Below are positions 20,701 through 30,705 of a DNA stretch of 64,000 nt, in pieces. This DNA comes from Trypanosoma brucei (lineage: Eukaryota). Position 1 is the first letter of the stretch. Each line of letters begins with the position of its first letter. The DNA is taken from positions 800,001 through 864,000 of the forward strand of contig CP000069.1 in NCBI GenBank assembly GCA_000002445.1, in the 5' to 3' direction. The notes beneath the pieces were generated by a model, which was given only the letters and a program-made list of their open reading frames with translations, was not told the origin of the DNA and searched no databases. Made by a program: the position numbers and the translations under genes.

Positions 20701-23067
20701 GCTACGAGTACGTTCAGTCCCATTGTACCTGTTGTAGCACGGTTTTTGCGTTACACCCTTCGCGGGTCGGGCAGAAATGCTCTAGCGGTGTTCCCGCTCT
20801 TAGTTTTTGGTGAGCCCTTGTGCGACATTCCTCCGCTGGAGCGGAAGACAATTGTTGGTCGGAGTTGTTTGAAGCAGTGTTCGCTCCTCCGGGAGTTATC
20901 CACAGCAAAACTACACACAGATTCGAATGAGTCATCTCTGTTTCAGATGCCATTAGATGGTGCGGCTGAGAATTGTTCCTTTAGGAGTGAGGAAAGTATT
21001 AACGGCAAAACCAACATTGATGAAACTACTAATACAGTAGTCACTCCCATCAAGGGGAATAAGTCATCTACCGCCTCGCACCATGACATCTTGATAACGG
21101 AACAGACCCTTCGAGAGTTGTATGTACGTAAACTTCGCAGTGCTTGTCCGCGAGGAGTTTTCGCACTGAACCTCCCGCTTTTATTTCACATGGAGTCGAA
21201 GCGCCTTCAGTGTAAACAAAAGCGTTTCTTCCGCGATTTTTGCTTTCAAAAGCTGGGACTACCGCTATGGGTAATGAAACCCTCCTCTCAAATATTTCCA
21301 CACTCTTCCGTGTGCCCGTCCCGTGTTCCCGAGTCATTTGAAGATCTTTCCCGTGTGCATTTGCTGCAGCAATCTGGAACGTGCCAACCACCGCGAAACG
21401 ACCGACCCATAAGGGGGGCCAATGCGACACAAAGGAAGAATGTAACTTGTGCAGGTTGTGACCAGCGTTTTCTGTTCGGGTTTGGTTTGGAAGTGTGCGA
21501 CCGATGCAAGCGGCATATATGCGGTGAATGTCGTTCAAAGGAACCTGTGCGCCTGTTAGATGTTGGTATTTCTTCCACTATATCCTCAGTATGTCGCAGA
21601 TGTTTGGACCGTGTGGACAAATTAGAGAATGCTCTTGTTGCTTACAACGTGACTACGAAAGAGTGTGAGGAGGTGGACAGTGACACTGAACGGGGTGCTG
21701 CTTTCGAGTTTTACATCCCTGTTACGCCACCGTCTCCAGCTGAGTTCCCAATTCCGTACAGCAATTACAGTTTTTACGCCTTACGTGGTTCAACCTACCA
21801 GTTGACGGCGCTGCCCTTCACTCGCGTCGTCAGCGCACCTATTACGGAGGACAAATCCGCGTCTCTTTTTGAGGAAGTGCTTAGTTTCCCTGCAGATGTA
21901 AGTGACTCTCTCGGGGGATGGCGTTGCGTTTCCAACGATATGCCAGGAGAAACACAAAAATATGTAAATGAAAATGTTGTTATTCTACTTCCATATCGAT
22001 GCGTTGTTTCACACGGCCTTCTATACTATACACTGGCGGGGGAAATACGGGGGAGCATTGACTTACAAATGCACGTGGGGGAAACAGTTCAAACAGTGTC
22101 TCTTCCAGACGCTGCTAAGTCTAGCGAAGGAACTGCGTGTGCACGTATATCAGACTGTATGAGCGGCGAGATTGGCGTAGCGGAACTACGATTTAGGCAC
22201 GCAGCATCCGACGTGGAAAGTGCCTCTGATGGTTCAAGTTATTCACTAACGGTGCGAAATCCCGTAGGTATACTCGTTTCTCTTTTTTTTGCTGGATCAT
22301 CTTCTGACCTTGCGCTACTGCATGTGAAACATTTCTCTGTTTGGGGTTGCTTCGACTCATGTACGCGGAATGTGCGTTCTCTTTTCTACAATTGTCCACC
22401 TGATGTATGTCGTTACGAAAGTCTTAAGCTCACGAGTTTGAAGGGTGTTTGTGCCCCACCAGCCGCCGCATGTCTTCCTTTAACAATCCCCGAAAAGCAT
22501 CTTATCAAACCTGGGAACATTATTCATCGTCTACACACAGATCACCTACTGGTGGAGTATGTTTTTAGCAACCCTGTAAGTGTGTGTGGTTTTACGGTTG
22601 AGGGACAACACCCGGCGTCGGTAAGTATCTCGCGTGGTGCTCTGCCCACCGCCTTACGTCTTATTGGTGTATTGGAGAATGGTTTTCGTGGTAATATAGG
22701 ATACTTTTCGTTGCCGTGGCCACCACTGGCTCAGCGTGTGGGGAGGTGCGCTGAGCGGGAAGTGTTTGGTTATTCATATGCTCTTTCATCTACGGTCCAC
22801 GGTCTCGTTTCACTTCTCGTTGAGGTGGCAGAGTGGCGTCTGGCTAAGGGTCGAGTTAGGCAAGAAGCGGGAAGGGGAGTGTTTTGCAACTTGAGTCCAT
22901 TCTATGATGAATGTGAGAGCACTAACAAGGAGGCTGAGATGTCTCCACAACAACCGGAGATGCATTTGGGGAAAATGGTATTTTGGACGAGCTTGAACCC
23001 TGAGGCACGGCACGCAGTGAGCAGTAATGCGTATAACTCTATTTTCTCGCGTGCTATCGGGTTGTAA
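17710..23067 (+). CDS. hypothetical giant protein (about 1785 aa) with an internal FYVE-like cross-brace zinc finger
   Basis: Start re-set to ATG 17710 (MAGRLFTAVPRH...). The track start 17494 is TTG, and the upstream region contains poly(Y), (TA)n and AG acceptors. Eight-Cys cluster CAGCDQRFLFGFGLEVCDRCKRHICGECRSKEPVRLLDVGISSTISSVCRRC at about 21447-21603. No other domain recognised. Confidence 0.7.
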   Translation: MAGRLFTAVPRHTADPTNSDWLQACYFVVLEHPLVCIDATLRGRITPLTEQFLRSAEGVSEPSDDATNLKEEHVNGTGGSSVKEMRFVVITVDNVSGQLLHTGVPGKDLFMSMREAVSAIPALCPSTPEQYEVFTILEFVAFAGACLTEDRLYMLFVETGRLLTDDKSCIVTDSGSKPQRVLPVISVERARWYTVPLRVAVPALQQPLGGEDLQSWVLGPSGGLRDDSAMAMSSSFRQSYLFFTPGIDVSHCSIFEEATRVCGACSDEENGDVGNSSPNVCPGGLDGSTDSSALAARVMSFLPLPPPSTGREALGRCDCLWNEELIAFCDIFGLADCCCRLALGSFNASTLVVPQTAPHVALLLVRLSRLALPGCFNDCSGKSAKTAFQMREYTSAHEAEFQLLLLPDMKLHDSKVDDNLVNSLPSLIWRRGGDFAGHEDIIQQKQRIDFCTARGMDPLPIGEDYVAAIFSSYQQRYGMGTKIALMHAGCWALIGSAPPHNTTKGGAAVNTSVNGSRESSKRRTDSQRGLTPASCYSVYASETHHCDAITNELQGRLQSLASHIKSHSLRPAVFVGAINSWATCLHCVPEKGSAVDALWSRECIRSYNGISCGGTTAGSSGVPGPIIPRICVSNSGEVSAAASAVVSLILVTVWLFNQFFESQPNAKLLQRHKLLTRKIMDLVVNSAAGLKQVGDSCGHEEMITLLRECLFQVVGAVPVSCTLTIWETARNMVFLYRANGDRSSPSDFTSTKKGIFRPSVVSRRVILNNPFHSFIMNLFPPAGGFYQREFARHRTRLLTHVAGQSYIIGAQFMFHTAESDTSSRVVSEANADWGGNERTTFASRQRYLSNPPLSDDDEATSSYSTNTGGVPTPTLRMLQGLVHPLSQPLLVPLRIAAVELTIALPTVSYITHVAIRVADALQREPFAGALTLSLHSSCYVGQEHERLVLDDVPLPLCRGSNASAHAGPHLIFYELPRPSCESVPFSVLNEARVVADGATSTFSPIVPVVARFLRYTLRGSGRNALAVFPLLVFGEPLCDIPPLERKTIVGRSCLKQCSLLRELSTAKLHTDSNESSLFQMPLDGAAENCSFRSEESINGKTNIDETTNTVVTPIKGNKSSTASHHDILITEQTLRELYVRKLRSACPRGVFALNLPLLFHMESKRLQCKQKRFFRDFCFQKLGLPLWVMKPSSQIFPHSSVCPSRVPESFEDLSRVHLLQQSGTCQPPRNDRPIRGANATQRKNVTCAGCDQRFLFGFGLEVCDRCKRHICGECRSKEPVRLLDVGISSTISSVCRRCLDRVDKLENALVAYNVTTKECEEVDSDTERGAAFEFYIPVTPPSPAEFPIPYSNYSFYALRGSTYQLTALPFTRVVSAPITEDKSASLFEEVLSFPADVSDSLGGWRCVSNDMPGETQKYVNENVVILLPYRCVVSHGLLYYTLAGEIRGSIDLQMHVGETVQTVSLPDAAKSSEGTACARISDCMSGEIGVAELRFRHAASDVESASDGSSYSLTVRNPVGILVSLFFAGSSSDLALLHVKHFSVWGCFDSCTRNVRSLFYNCPPDVCRYESLKLTSLKGVCAPPAAACLPLTIPEKHLIKPGNIIHRLHTDHLLVEYVFSNPVSVCGFTVEGQHPASVSISRGALPTALRLIGVLENGFRGNIGYFSLPWPPLAQRVGRCAEREVFGYSYALSSTVHGLVSLLVEVAEWRLAKGRVRQEAGRGVFCNLSPFYDECESTNKEAEMSPQQPEMHLGKMVFWTSLNPEARHAVSSNAYNSIFSRAIGL

Positions 23068-23410
23068 GCTCGGTTCCCTTATTTCTGTGTATTTATTTGC
23101 TGTTTTTTCATTTACAGGGAACCGATTTAGCGTTTCTATTGCGATTTCGTTGTAGTTACTCAGTTGTTGGCTTCTTTCTTTTTATATATATTCATGGTGG
23201 TATACGGAGTAACTAGTCGTCTCCAACCACTTAGCAACTCTAACCATCACCTTTTCAGTATTCGGTGACACTTCTATTGTTGTGAATACTGTGAACGGTG
23301 GAACAGGGGGTTAACACTTTTCTTCGTTCTCCTCAGTTATTTGTTCAGTTGTATTTCCCGTATACTGCTTTATTTCGATTTTATATTGTTGTCCCTGATT
23401 GTGTCGCCAC

Positions 23411-23480
23411 GCTTTTTTTTTCTATTGGAAAACAAATAACCTATTATCATTATTATTTTTACCCCCCTATATTGTACGTG
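23411..23480 (+). promoter_or_regulatory. polypyrimidine tract / trans-splice signal upstream of pyridoxal kinase
   Basis: gctttttttttctattgg...ttattatcattattatttttacccccctatattgtacgtgtctaag, ending in AG, about 130 nt upstream of ATG 23608. Confidence 0.4.
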
Positions 23481-23607
23481 TCTAAGAAGAACATTTTATA
23501 ATAAATAGACTAAAAAAGGAGTATTGAACCAGAGTATTATACAAGCCTTCTATTATTACACACATTTCGTGCGAAGGGGGGAGAGAAGTGAAAAACAAGG
23601 ACACATA

Positions 23608-24510
23608 ATGTCAGAGAAGACGGTTTTATCGATTCAATCATTTGTTACGCATGGCTACGTCGGGAATAAGGCTGCTACGTTTCCTCTGCAGCTGCATGGT
23701 TTCGATGTGGACGGTATTAACACCGTTTGTCTCTCAAACCACAGTGGGTACCCAGTTATTAGGGGCCACAGAATGAGCTTACAGGAATACGACGAACTAA
23801 TGGAAGGCGTCCGAGCGAATAACTTCCTCAGCAACTATCGCTACATTCTGACCGGATATATAAATAATGTTGACATTATTGGGAGAATACGCGACACATT
23901 AAAGGAAGTGCGGGAGCTCCGAGAAAAGGAAGACAAGAAGTTAACCTTCATTTGTGACCCCGTCATGGGCGATGATGGTATCATGTACTGCAAGAAAGAA
24001 GTATTGGATGCGTATCGGGAGCTGGTCCCTTTGGCGGATATCGTCACACCAAATTACTTCGAGGCTTCGTTGTTGAGTGGCGTCACCGTCAATGATCTCA
24101 GTAGTGCTATACTGGCTGCTGACTGGTTCCACAACTGTGGTGTTGCTCATGTTATCATCAAGTCGTTTCGTGAGCAGGAAAATCCAACTCACCTGCGGTT
24201 TCTGTACTCCGTGAAGGAGGGATCAGAAGCTGCGGTGCGGCGATTTTCAGGAGTGGTACCATATCATGAAGGTCGCTACACCGGAACGGGCGACGTTTTT
24301 GCCGCGTGCCTTCTTGCCTTCTCTCATTCTCATCCAATGGATGTGGCGATTGGCAAATCGATGGCTGTATTGCAGGAACTCATCATCGCAACCCGAAAGG
24401 AGGGAGGTGACGGTAAAAGTTCATTGAAAAGTAGGGAACTGCGTGTCGTTGCATCACCGCAAGTGGTGCTACAACCAAGCACAGTTGTTGACGTTAAACC
24501 AATTTCATGA
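23608..24510 (+). CDS. PdxK: pyridoxal kinase
   Basis: The N-terminus MSEKTVLSIQSFVTHGYVGNKAATFPLQLHGFDVDGINTVCLSNHSGY closely matches human PDXK [41 protein letters not shown]. The ribokinase-family C-terminal GTGDVFAA motif is present. Start moved from the track's 23524 to the in-frame ATG at 23608. About 300 aa, as expected. Confidence 0.9.
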   Translation: MSEKTVLSIQSFVTHGYVGNKAATFPLQLHGFDVDGINTVCLSNHSGYPVIRGHRMSLQEYDELMEGVRANNFLSNYRYILTGYINNVDIIGRIRDTLKEVRELREKEDKKLTFICDPVMGDDGIMYCKKEVLDAYRELVPLADIVTPNYFEASLLSGVTVNDLSSAILAADWFHNCGVAHVIIKSFREQENPTHLRFLYSVKEGSEAAVRRFSGVVPYHEGRYTGTGDVFAACLLAFSHSHPMDVAIGKSMAVLQELIIATRKEGGDGKSSLKSRELRVVASPQVVLQPSTVVDVKPIS

Positions 24511-25104
24511 GAATTAAATGCAGTCTGTCAAGTCCACCCTTTTTTCTCTCTGTTCTCTAAAGATAAATAATTCAGTTTTACGAGTTTGTCATGCTACGTG
24601 TTCTTCAGGTGTATTACGATATTGTGTTTGATTTAAGAGAAGGATTTACTTTTATCAATATATGGTAGGGTAAATCGCATACAAAACGAAGAAAAAGAAG
24701 AGGAATTCAGGTGCAAATGTGGACGCTTTTCTTTCTTGTTTTTGTGTTTTAAACGCTATCCAATAAGGTTTTCTTCGGTATTATTACTTTTCCTTGATTT
24801 TTGTTATCTTTATTACTAACACTTTTATTTTTCTTTTTGATCGTTGGTGAATGACTGGTAACATGAAATATTTGCTAACCTCTATTTGAAGCGTTTGTTT
24901 GTTTTCGTTTTGGTGCTGTTCAAATGCAATTGTTCTTTTTCTCACCACATATTTTTAAAGTTTTTCATTTCCCTCTCGGTCTTTCATTAGGAACTGGATA
25001 TTCAGATCTGGATTTGTCAACTGCATGGACTGTTAAGTGAAGCTGCCACCTCCCCCTCCCTGCTTGAAATTATTGCAGTGCGAAAAAAGAAAAGGAGGGT
25101 GAAA

Positions 25105-25839
25105 ATGGGCGAGACTTTAGGCAGCAGTTGTGTTGTTACAGACGGTTCCAAAGAACCATGCACTATTGTGTTTCACGATGTGGAAAAGACTGAAATCAGA
25201 AGCGGTTACGCCGCCGTTACTGATGTCTTGTGTGATGTCGATTACTTTCCGTACCCTCCGCAAACACATGAACAGCTGGAGAAGGCACATCTGTACGTAT
25301 TGGCGTGTTGTATATCCTCCTCGGAACCAACATTTCCACTTGATTCACATCTAGGAGAGGAGGAGGTAATGAAAAAAGATGTGGGTACTGTTTTGGTTGG
25401 TGCCGTTGGTGTGGTGTGGGTTCCCTTCTCATCAGGTGCAATGGTTGAGGGATATATACATGTAGTTTGGGTAAGGCCGGACTATCGAAGGCACCGTGTT
25501 GCTTACCGGCTACTGGAACGCACTTTAGCCATGACACAAGTCGGAAATCCACCCAATAAGATTTTACGTTGGCGCTTACACACAATGTGCACATCCTTGA
25601 ACACACGCGAGTATCTTAGTAGGTTTCTACATGAAAGGAAATCTAGTTCCGCAACGGCAAGCGATGATGATGACGTTCATCTACTACTAAAAGAAACAGA
25701 AACACTGATTACGGCTGTACCACGCATGTACGAGCGGCTAGGTTTCTGTGTGAGACGGAATGTCTTTAAGTACTACGATGGAAAGGCTGACGGTGTGGAA
25801 ATGATAAAGGTTGTCCCCGGTGCAGGGAAACGACGTTGA
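25105..25839 (+). CDS. putative GNAT-family N-acetyltransferase
   Basis: Motif-A-like HVVWVRPDYRRHRVAYRLLERTL (acetyl-CoA binding, R/Q-x-x-G-x-G/A variant). C-terminal MYERLGFCVRRNVFKYYDGKADGVEMIKV is typical of the GNAT beta6-beta7 region. Start re-set from GTG 25078 to ATG 25105. Confidence 0.5.
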   Translation: MGETLGSSCVVTDGSKEPCTIVFHDVEKTEIRSGYAAVTDVLCDVDYFPYPPQTHEQLEKAHLYVLACCISSSEPTFPLDSHLGEEEVMKKDVGTVLVGAVGVVWVPFSSGAMVEGYIHVVWVRPDYRRHRVAYRLLERTLAMTQVGNPPNKILRWRLHTMCTSLNTREYLSRFLHERKSSSATASDDDDVHLLLKETETLITAVPRMYERLGFCVRRNVFKYYDGKADGVEMIKVVPGAGKRR

Positions 25840-26199
25840 TGCGGAAATGAAGAAATAAATGCGGCAGTGGAACCGTGCGTTTCGGTTAGATTGGAGTGGT
25901 GCTAGCTGCGTTTTCACTCATCGGCGCTCATTATTATTATTGTATTTTTAATTTGAACGGATGCACTCTTCCTGTACTCTTTATTTGTGCGCATCAGCAT
26001 AATCTGTCGATGGGTCTGATATTCGGTTTATTTTTTTTTAAAATGTAAAATAATGTTGTAAGCGGGAATGTTTTGCTATATTGATGTCCGAAGTTGTGTA
26101 ACTACCAATATTCGAATGATAATTACTACCTTTTCCCCGCCTTTCTTTTAATCTTTGTTTCTTTTCGAACAGTCATATATTATATTACCTTCTTCTATA

Positions 26200-29100
26200 A
26201 TGCCCGCTCCACTGGCGACATTTACCAAAACCAAATGGTTGACGTTCTTTGCTGAGCTTACCGCAAAGATTACGCACCACAACTTACTTGTTGTACTAGA
26301 GGGATGTGAATTAGTAAAACGGCTTCTTGTTTCCCGCGTCTCTGTTGCGGCATTCCTTGAGGAGGGAAACTTCTTGTTGTTATTGGTTGACTCACTGGTT
26401 GGTAATATGCTTAATAATGAACCTTTCGAAGTGAATGTTCCGATAGGGACAAATGAAAAGCTAATATTCACTCAACTTGAAACACTGTCCCTATTTGTCG
26501 ATATGATGGTTGCACTCCACGCAGACAGTGACCCTTATTACTGCCTTCTAGTGCAGGCGCGCGCGGGTGTTCTGTTGGGAACTCTCGTTAGTCTTCTTCG
26601 GCGACAACAATCTAATTTCTTTGGCATCATTGCGATAATGGTGAAGGCACTACTTGACATACCTTTGGGACGAGCGGTGACGCAGTCACAAACATGTGGG
26701 GCTCCTTCCGTTGCGCTTGCGTGTCATCTACAACAACTACAGACATCAATCGAGGGGCACATGGAAATTCTTCAAGAGTCTTCGGAAATTCTGAAGGGGC
26801 TTAGTACGACCCCGAATCTCGTTATGCGTCACTGTGCTCAGCTTCTGTTTAACCTGGTATCCAAACAACTTAAGCGCATACGACGAATAGAAGGGGGAAA
26901 AGTTTTTGCTGAAGGCAATACAGGAACAGATGGTGATAGCCGCTTGGGATGTGGTGCACATGTTCGTGATGAAACGGTTGTGGAAAGTCCTTTCACGGGT
27001 CACTGTGCGCAAACCACTGCCAATTACGGCTCAGCGTTCGACCCTAGCGGATCTGCTCCTTCTCCCGGTATTTCTGCAGATGGCACCAAACTGTCAATTA
27101 GCAGAGAAGATACTGAAGAAACAATTGTCACTGAGGAAGCCGACGTTTGTGTACCATCTGAGGAGTATACTGAATGCTTTGAGCAACTAGCGAGAAGCCG
27201 TTCACATGGCGAATATTTGTGTGGGATGAATTCCTTGTGGTGCCTGACTGTTGTTGGGGGGACTGAGCTGCAGCGTCACTTCACAACTGCATGCTTTGAG
27301 AAAGCTTTCAGGCGTTTCCTTCAAACAATGCCAGCAAACAACCAGGACCACATTGTATTTTCATCTATTTTGCTCTGGCTGTCGCACATGATGTCAAATC
27401 ACCACATTTGTGACGAAACGCGTGAGTGCATCTTTTCCCTTGCCTGCCCGGCGCTCATCGAACTTGTGCTAGAGGATATTCGTTCCGACGAACCACCAGG
27501 AGAACGAGAAGATAACAGTACTGTGACCAATTCATTTCCTCACACATCAACAGACAACATAGATGTTTCATCCTTTTTATCTGCGGGATCATTTATGCGG
27601 TATTCGTCAATCCACTCGGCACCGTCTACTGTTAGGGCATCCTGCACCAAACTAGCAGAGCGCCCATCCGCGTCATTTCTTATTCTATCATTTCTTCTTA
27701 TCACTGAACGCAGTTGTGGCCAGCGGGTTTTGGAGCGTTGGGTGCGTCATGTTGGGTTGTTTGCTATGATTGAAAAACTTATTCGACGAGTGGCGCATGT
27801 AAAGTCGGTACTCGTTGACACCCCTACAACAACGGATGGTGTTCTATCTGATGAAGTTTACCTTTCTTGTGCTATGAACACATCGCGAACAGAACACGTT
27901 GCATTAGGTGCACTTGCTTGCAAACTATTATCGTCGATTGCATGGAATCATGGACCCGTTATAGGTAAACAACTTGCTTCGGAGACTTCCCGTATGCTGC
28001 AGACAATTATACCGCTGCTTCTGCAAATTGCCGTACACAATCCGACACTGACATCTGCTGTGGAGAACGTTTCAGGATCTGCTTTACACTACCTGCCTAC
28101 CAGCCAACGCTCAGCCCGCTATACTTCTCTTGGTGAATGCAGTCTCGTTGCACTGGATGCTTGTTTCTGGGTTATGGAAACTGCACAGCTGAGTGCAGTG
28201 TCGTTAGAAAGTGTTATTCCCAATCTACAGGCCCTCTCTAGGGCAACTGGCAATAGTATTCATCCAGCACTTCGTGCCGCTCCATACCGAGCCGTAGCCC
28301 GACTGTGCCAATCAACGGACGATGTATTGCTGGTGGCGAGTGAAATGCCTTCACTTCTCAAAGCTGCTGTGAATAGTGTTCTGGAATATAGTGTAAAGGT
28401 GCCGCAGTGGGAAGCGGCCGCAGCGGCCGAAGGACTTATACATATTGTTAACAAAACCTCCAGCGATATTAATGTCGAGAAGAAGTTCAGTTTTAGTCGG
28501 TCCGCGCTCCCCGTAAAGCTATTGGAACTTGCGGCTTTAAATGGCATAACGTACGCGACGGGAACCTTTCTTTCTCTGATGGTCGTGTTGTTTGCGCAAC
28601 AGAAACGTTTGGCTGAGCATGCTGATGAGGAACCACTAAGCTGCGTTCTTCTCCCGTGTGGGAGGGCGTCGCTAGAGTACTGGTCGAAGCTTATTAATAT
28701 AGCAACATGGAGCGGTGAGAGGCTGTTGGTTGCACACAAGAAGGTTATTCCTGCTTCGCCGGTAACAAAGGATGCACAATCGCGTGCTCTAGGTAGCATT
28801 GAGGGAATAGCTGTTCAGTTTTACTTTGTATCAGCGCTATCGCGCGCACTACAGTTTCTTCTCGGTGCATATCCCGAATACAGGAGCCATTTTTCAGAGG
28901 ACGTTGTGTGGCTTTTTTTTACCAGCACCTTTGCTCTCCCGTCGCCGAGAGAGGTGTTTCAAATGCTATTTGTGCGATTCGGTGTTAAAGTGAGCCATCA
29001 CAACTCTATCGAGCGTGCGTACGAGTGTATGCTGCAGTGGACGATTGAACTCTTTTTGTTTTGGGTTGGGGACGTAGGAATCGGTGTCGGCACCAACAGC

Positions 29101-30705
29101 AAAAGAAAGTCACAAAAACTTGCTTCACTACCATCGAAGCTCTTTGACTCTCTATGTGGCATTATGCAAAACGCCAAGGTATCCCAACAAACACGTGCTA
29201 ACGTGTGTGGTCTTGTATCCGCCATCATAATCCGTACGGGCAGTGGAGATGCGGCCTCCACAACTGGTTCTTCGTCAGCATGCGCGTCGTTAGCAATATT
29301 AAGGGAGACTCTCTACAAAACCCTGGATGCTTTCAGTGCCAAACTGTTTAGTGCCTCAATTAACCTTGGAACTTCCTCCTGCGTCAGTGGCATGCAGTGC
29401 CGTTTGGTCAGCCTCTTTGCAGGAGCCAACGAGCGGGCTCGGCAATGTGGGTGGTTCGAGGAAAGGTTGGCGGAGCTCAACAAGAGAATGAGGGAGCTCA
29501 AGGAGAAGCACGGTGTACTCAGCGCTCATGAACTCGACTCACTGCTGGTTTTGTTTTCGTCTGTTTTTAGTGTTATCGCCTATCCAAAATGCCCGGCATT
29601 ATCCCAGAAGTTACAGCAACAACTGTGTTTGTCGCTACATGGTGCGGTGGGGTACGGAACTACGCGGCGCGCTGCTTTTCAAACGGCACTGGCTCTCACT
29701 CGAAGCGAAGAAGGCCGACGCTTTCTTCTACAGGAAGTAACGGCCTGTGGGGATCCCCTTGTGCGTACCTGCTTTGGTCGTCTTTTGATGGTTACACTGG
29801 ATCTCGCGGATGACATCGAGCCATCATACAGGAGGAAGCACTATGGTAGCAAAAACAAAGCACAGAATGCCACTATCATTGAGAGAGAAGCTAATAGAAC
29901 ACTGGTCAAAACACTAGGTTTCGAGGTATGCGCAACTGCCTGTGCTGAAGGTTGTGAGGCTTTCACAAATGGAGTTTTAAAATCAAAGGGGGTCGAGCGT
30001 GTGGAAGGCCTTTTCTTGAAGTGTGAACAGGAGCGCATAGAAGTTCCTCTGAGCGTTCACCGTCTTATTGCGGCTATATCCTTTCACGCGGATGCTCAGT
30101 TAGCCATTATCCGAAGGAAAGAATTGATGACACTGCTCGTAGAATGGGCTGGTGAACTTAGCGTGGCGGGAACCCTTGCGTTATTGACGCTCCGTAACTT
30201 ATGCTTCAATCCGTCGTTGAAGGCACAACTATGCCAAAACGATCGCATTCTTCAACTTTTCAAGCAGTTCGTCTGTATGCCAGTAGCTCCACAGCCTCTT
30301 CAAGCACTGCAACCGGACAATAACAGTAGTGAGTTTGATGCCCATCACACGGATATTGCTTCGCGGAGTCAGCAAAACTCTGGCACTGGAGGAACACGAT
30401 TAGAACGGCACAAAAAGGGAGGGATCGTCTCAACGACAACAGCAACGGCGTCTTGTCAGGCAGATAATTTGTCTATCTTGAGGTGTAAAGAACTGGCAGT
30501 AACAGGTTATTGGGCTCTCATGTATGACAATCAGCGAGGTAAGTCTCATGTGCGCAACGTTCTTAGCCAAGCTCCTGCAGTAAAAATCAACAGCGTCGTG
30601 GCGGCGCTGGACCAGTTATGTGTGGAGCCGAGCGAGCGTGCCTGTGTTGAACATGTTATGGAGGCCGTTGGTAACATGAAGGCGTTAGGAAGGAGTGTAT
30701 CATAG
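26200..30705 (+). CDS. hypothetical protein, about 1501 aa, Leu-rich, probably alpha-helical repeat (ARM/HEAT-like), no catalytic motif
   Basis: 4.5-kb uninterrupted ORF. The track start 26155 is TTG, and the first ATG is at 26200 (MPAPLATFTK...). Long amphipathic Leu-rich segments and a short coiled-coil (RLAELNKRMRELKEKHGVL). No family recognisable by eye. Confidence 0.7.
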   Translation: MPAPLATFTKTKWLTFFAELTAKITHHNLLVVLEGCELVKRLLVSRVSVAAFLEEGNFLLLLVDSLVGNMLNNEPFEVNVPIGTNEKLIFTQLETLSLFVDMMVALHADSDPYYCLLVQARAGVLLGTLVSLLRRQQSNFFGIIAIMVKALLDIPLGRAVTQSQTCGAPSVALACHLQQLQTSIEGHMEILQESSEILKGLSTTPNLVMRHCAQLLFNLVSKQLKRIRRIEGGKVFAEGNTGTDGDSRLGCGAHVRDETVVESPFTGHCAQTTANYGSAFDPSGSAPSPGISADGTKLSISREDTEETIVTEEADVCVPSEEYTECFEQLARSRSHGEYLCGMNSLWCLTVVGGTELQRHFTTACFEKAFRRFLQTMPANNQDHIVFSSILLWLSHMMSNHHICDETRECIFSLACPALIELVLEDIRSDEPPGEREDNSTVTNSFPHTSTDNIDVSSFLSAGSFMRYSSIHSAPSTVRASCTKLAERPSASFLILSFLLITERSCGQRVLERWVRHVGLFAMIEKLIRRVAHVKSVLVDTPTTTDGVLSDEVYLSCAMNTSRTEHVALGALACKLLSSIAWNHGPVIGKQLASETSRMLQTIIPLLLQIAVHNPTLTSAVENVSGSALHYLPTSQRSARYTSLGECSLVALDACFWVMETAQLSAVSLESVIPNLQALSRATGNSIHPALRAAPYRAVARLCQSTDDVLLVASEMPSLLKAAVNSVLEYSVKVPQWEAAAAAEGLIHIVNKTSSDINVEKKFSFSRSALPVKLLELAALNGITYATGTFLSLMVVLFAQQKRLAEHADEEPLSCVLLPCGRASLEYWSKLINIATWSGERLLVAHKKVIPASPVTKDAQSRALGSIEGIAVQFYFVSALSRALQFLLGAYPEYRSHFSEDVVWLFFTSTFALPSPREVFQMLFVRFGVKVSHHNSIERAYECMLQWTIELFLFWVGDVGIGVGTNSKRKSQKLASLPSKLFDSLCGIMQNAKVSQQTRANVCGLVSAIIIRTGSGDAASTTGSSSACASLAILRETLYKTLDAFSAKLFSASINLGTSSCVSGMQCRLVSLFAGANERARQCGWFEERLAELNKRMRELKEKHGVLSAHELDSLLVLFSSVFSVIAYPKCPALSQKLQQQLCLSLHGAVGYGTTRRAAFQTALALTRSEEGRRFLLQEVTACGDPLVRTCFGRLLMVTLDLADDIEPSYRRKHYGSKNKAQNATIIEREANRTLVKTLGFEVCATACAEGCEAFTNGVLKSKGVERVEGLFLKCEQERIEVPLSVHRLIAAISFHADAQLAIIRRKELMTLLVEWAGELSVAGTLALLTLRNLCFNPSLKAQLCQNDRILQLFKQFVCMPVAPQPLQALQPDNNSSEFDAHHTDIASRSQQNSGTGGTRLERHKKGGIVSTTTATASCQADNLSILRCKELAVTGYWALMYDNQRGKSHVRNVLSQAPAVKINSVVAALDQLCVEPSERACVEHVMEAVGNMKALGRSVS

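Noticed and set aside
25105-25125. N-myristoylation signal MGETLGS on the GNAT-like protein
   Set aside because: Glu at position 2 after the Gly is strongly disfavoured by N-myristoyltransferase. It is not called.
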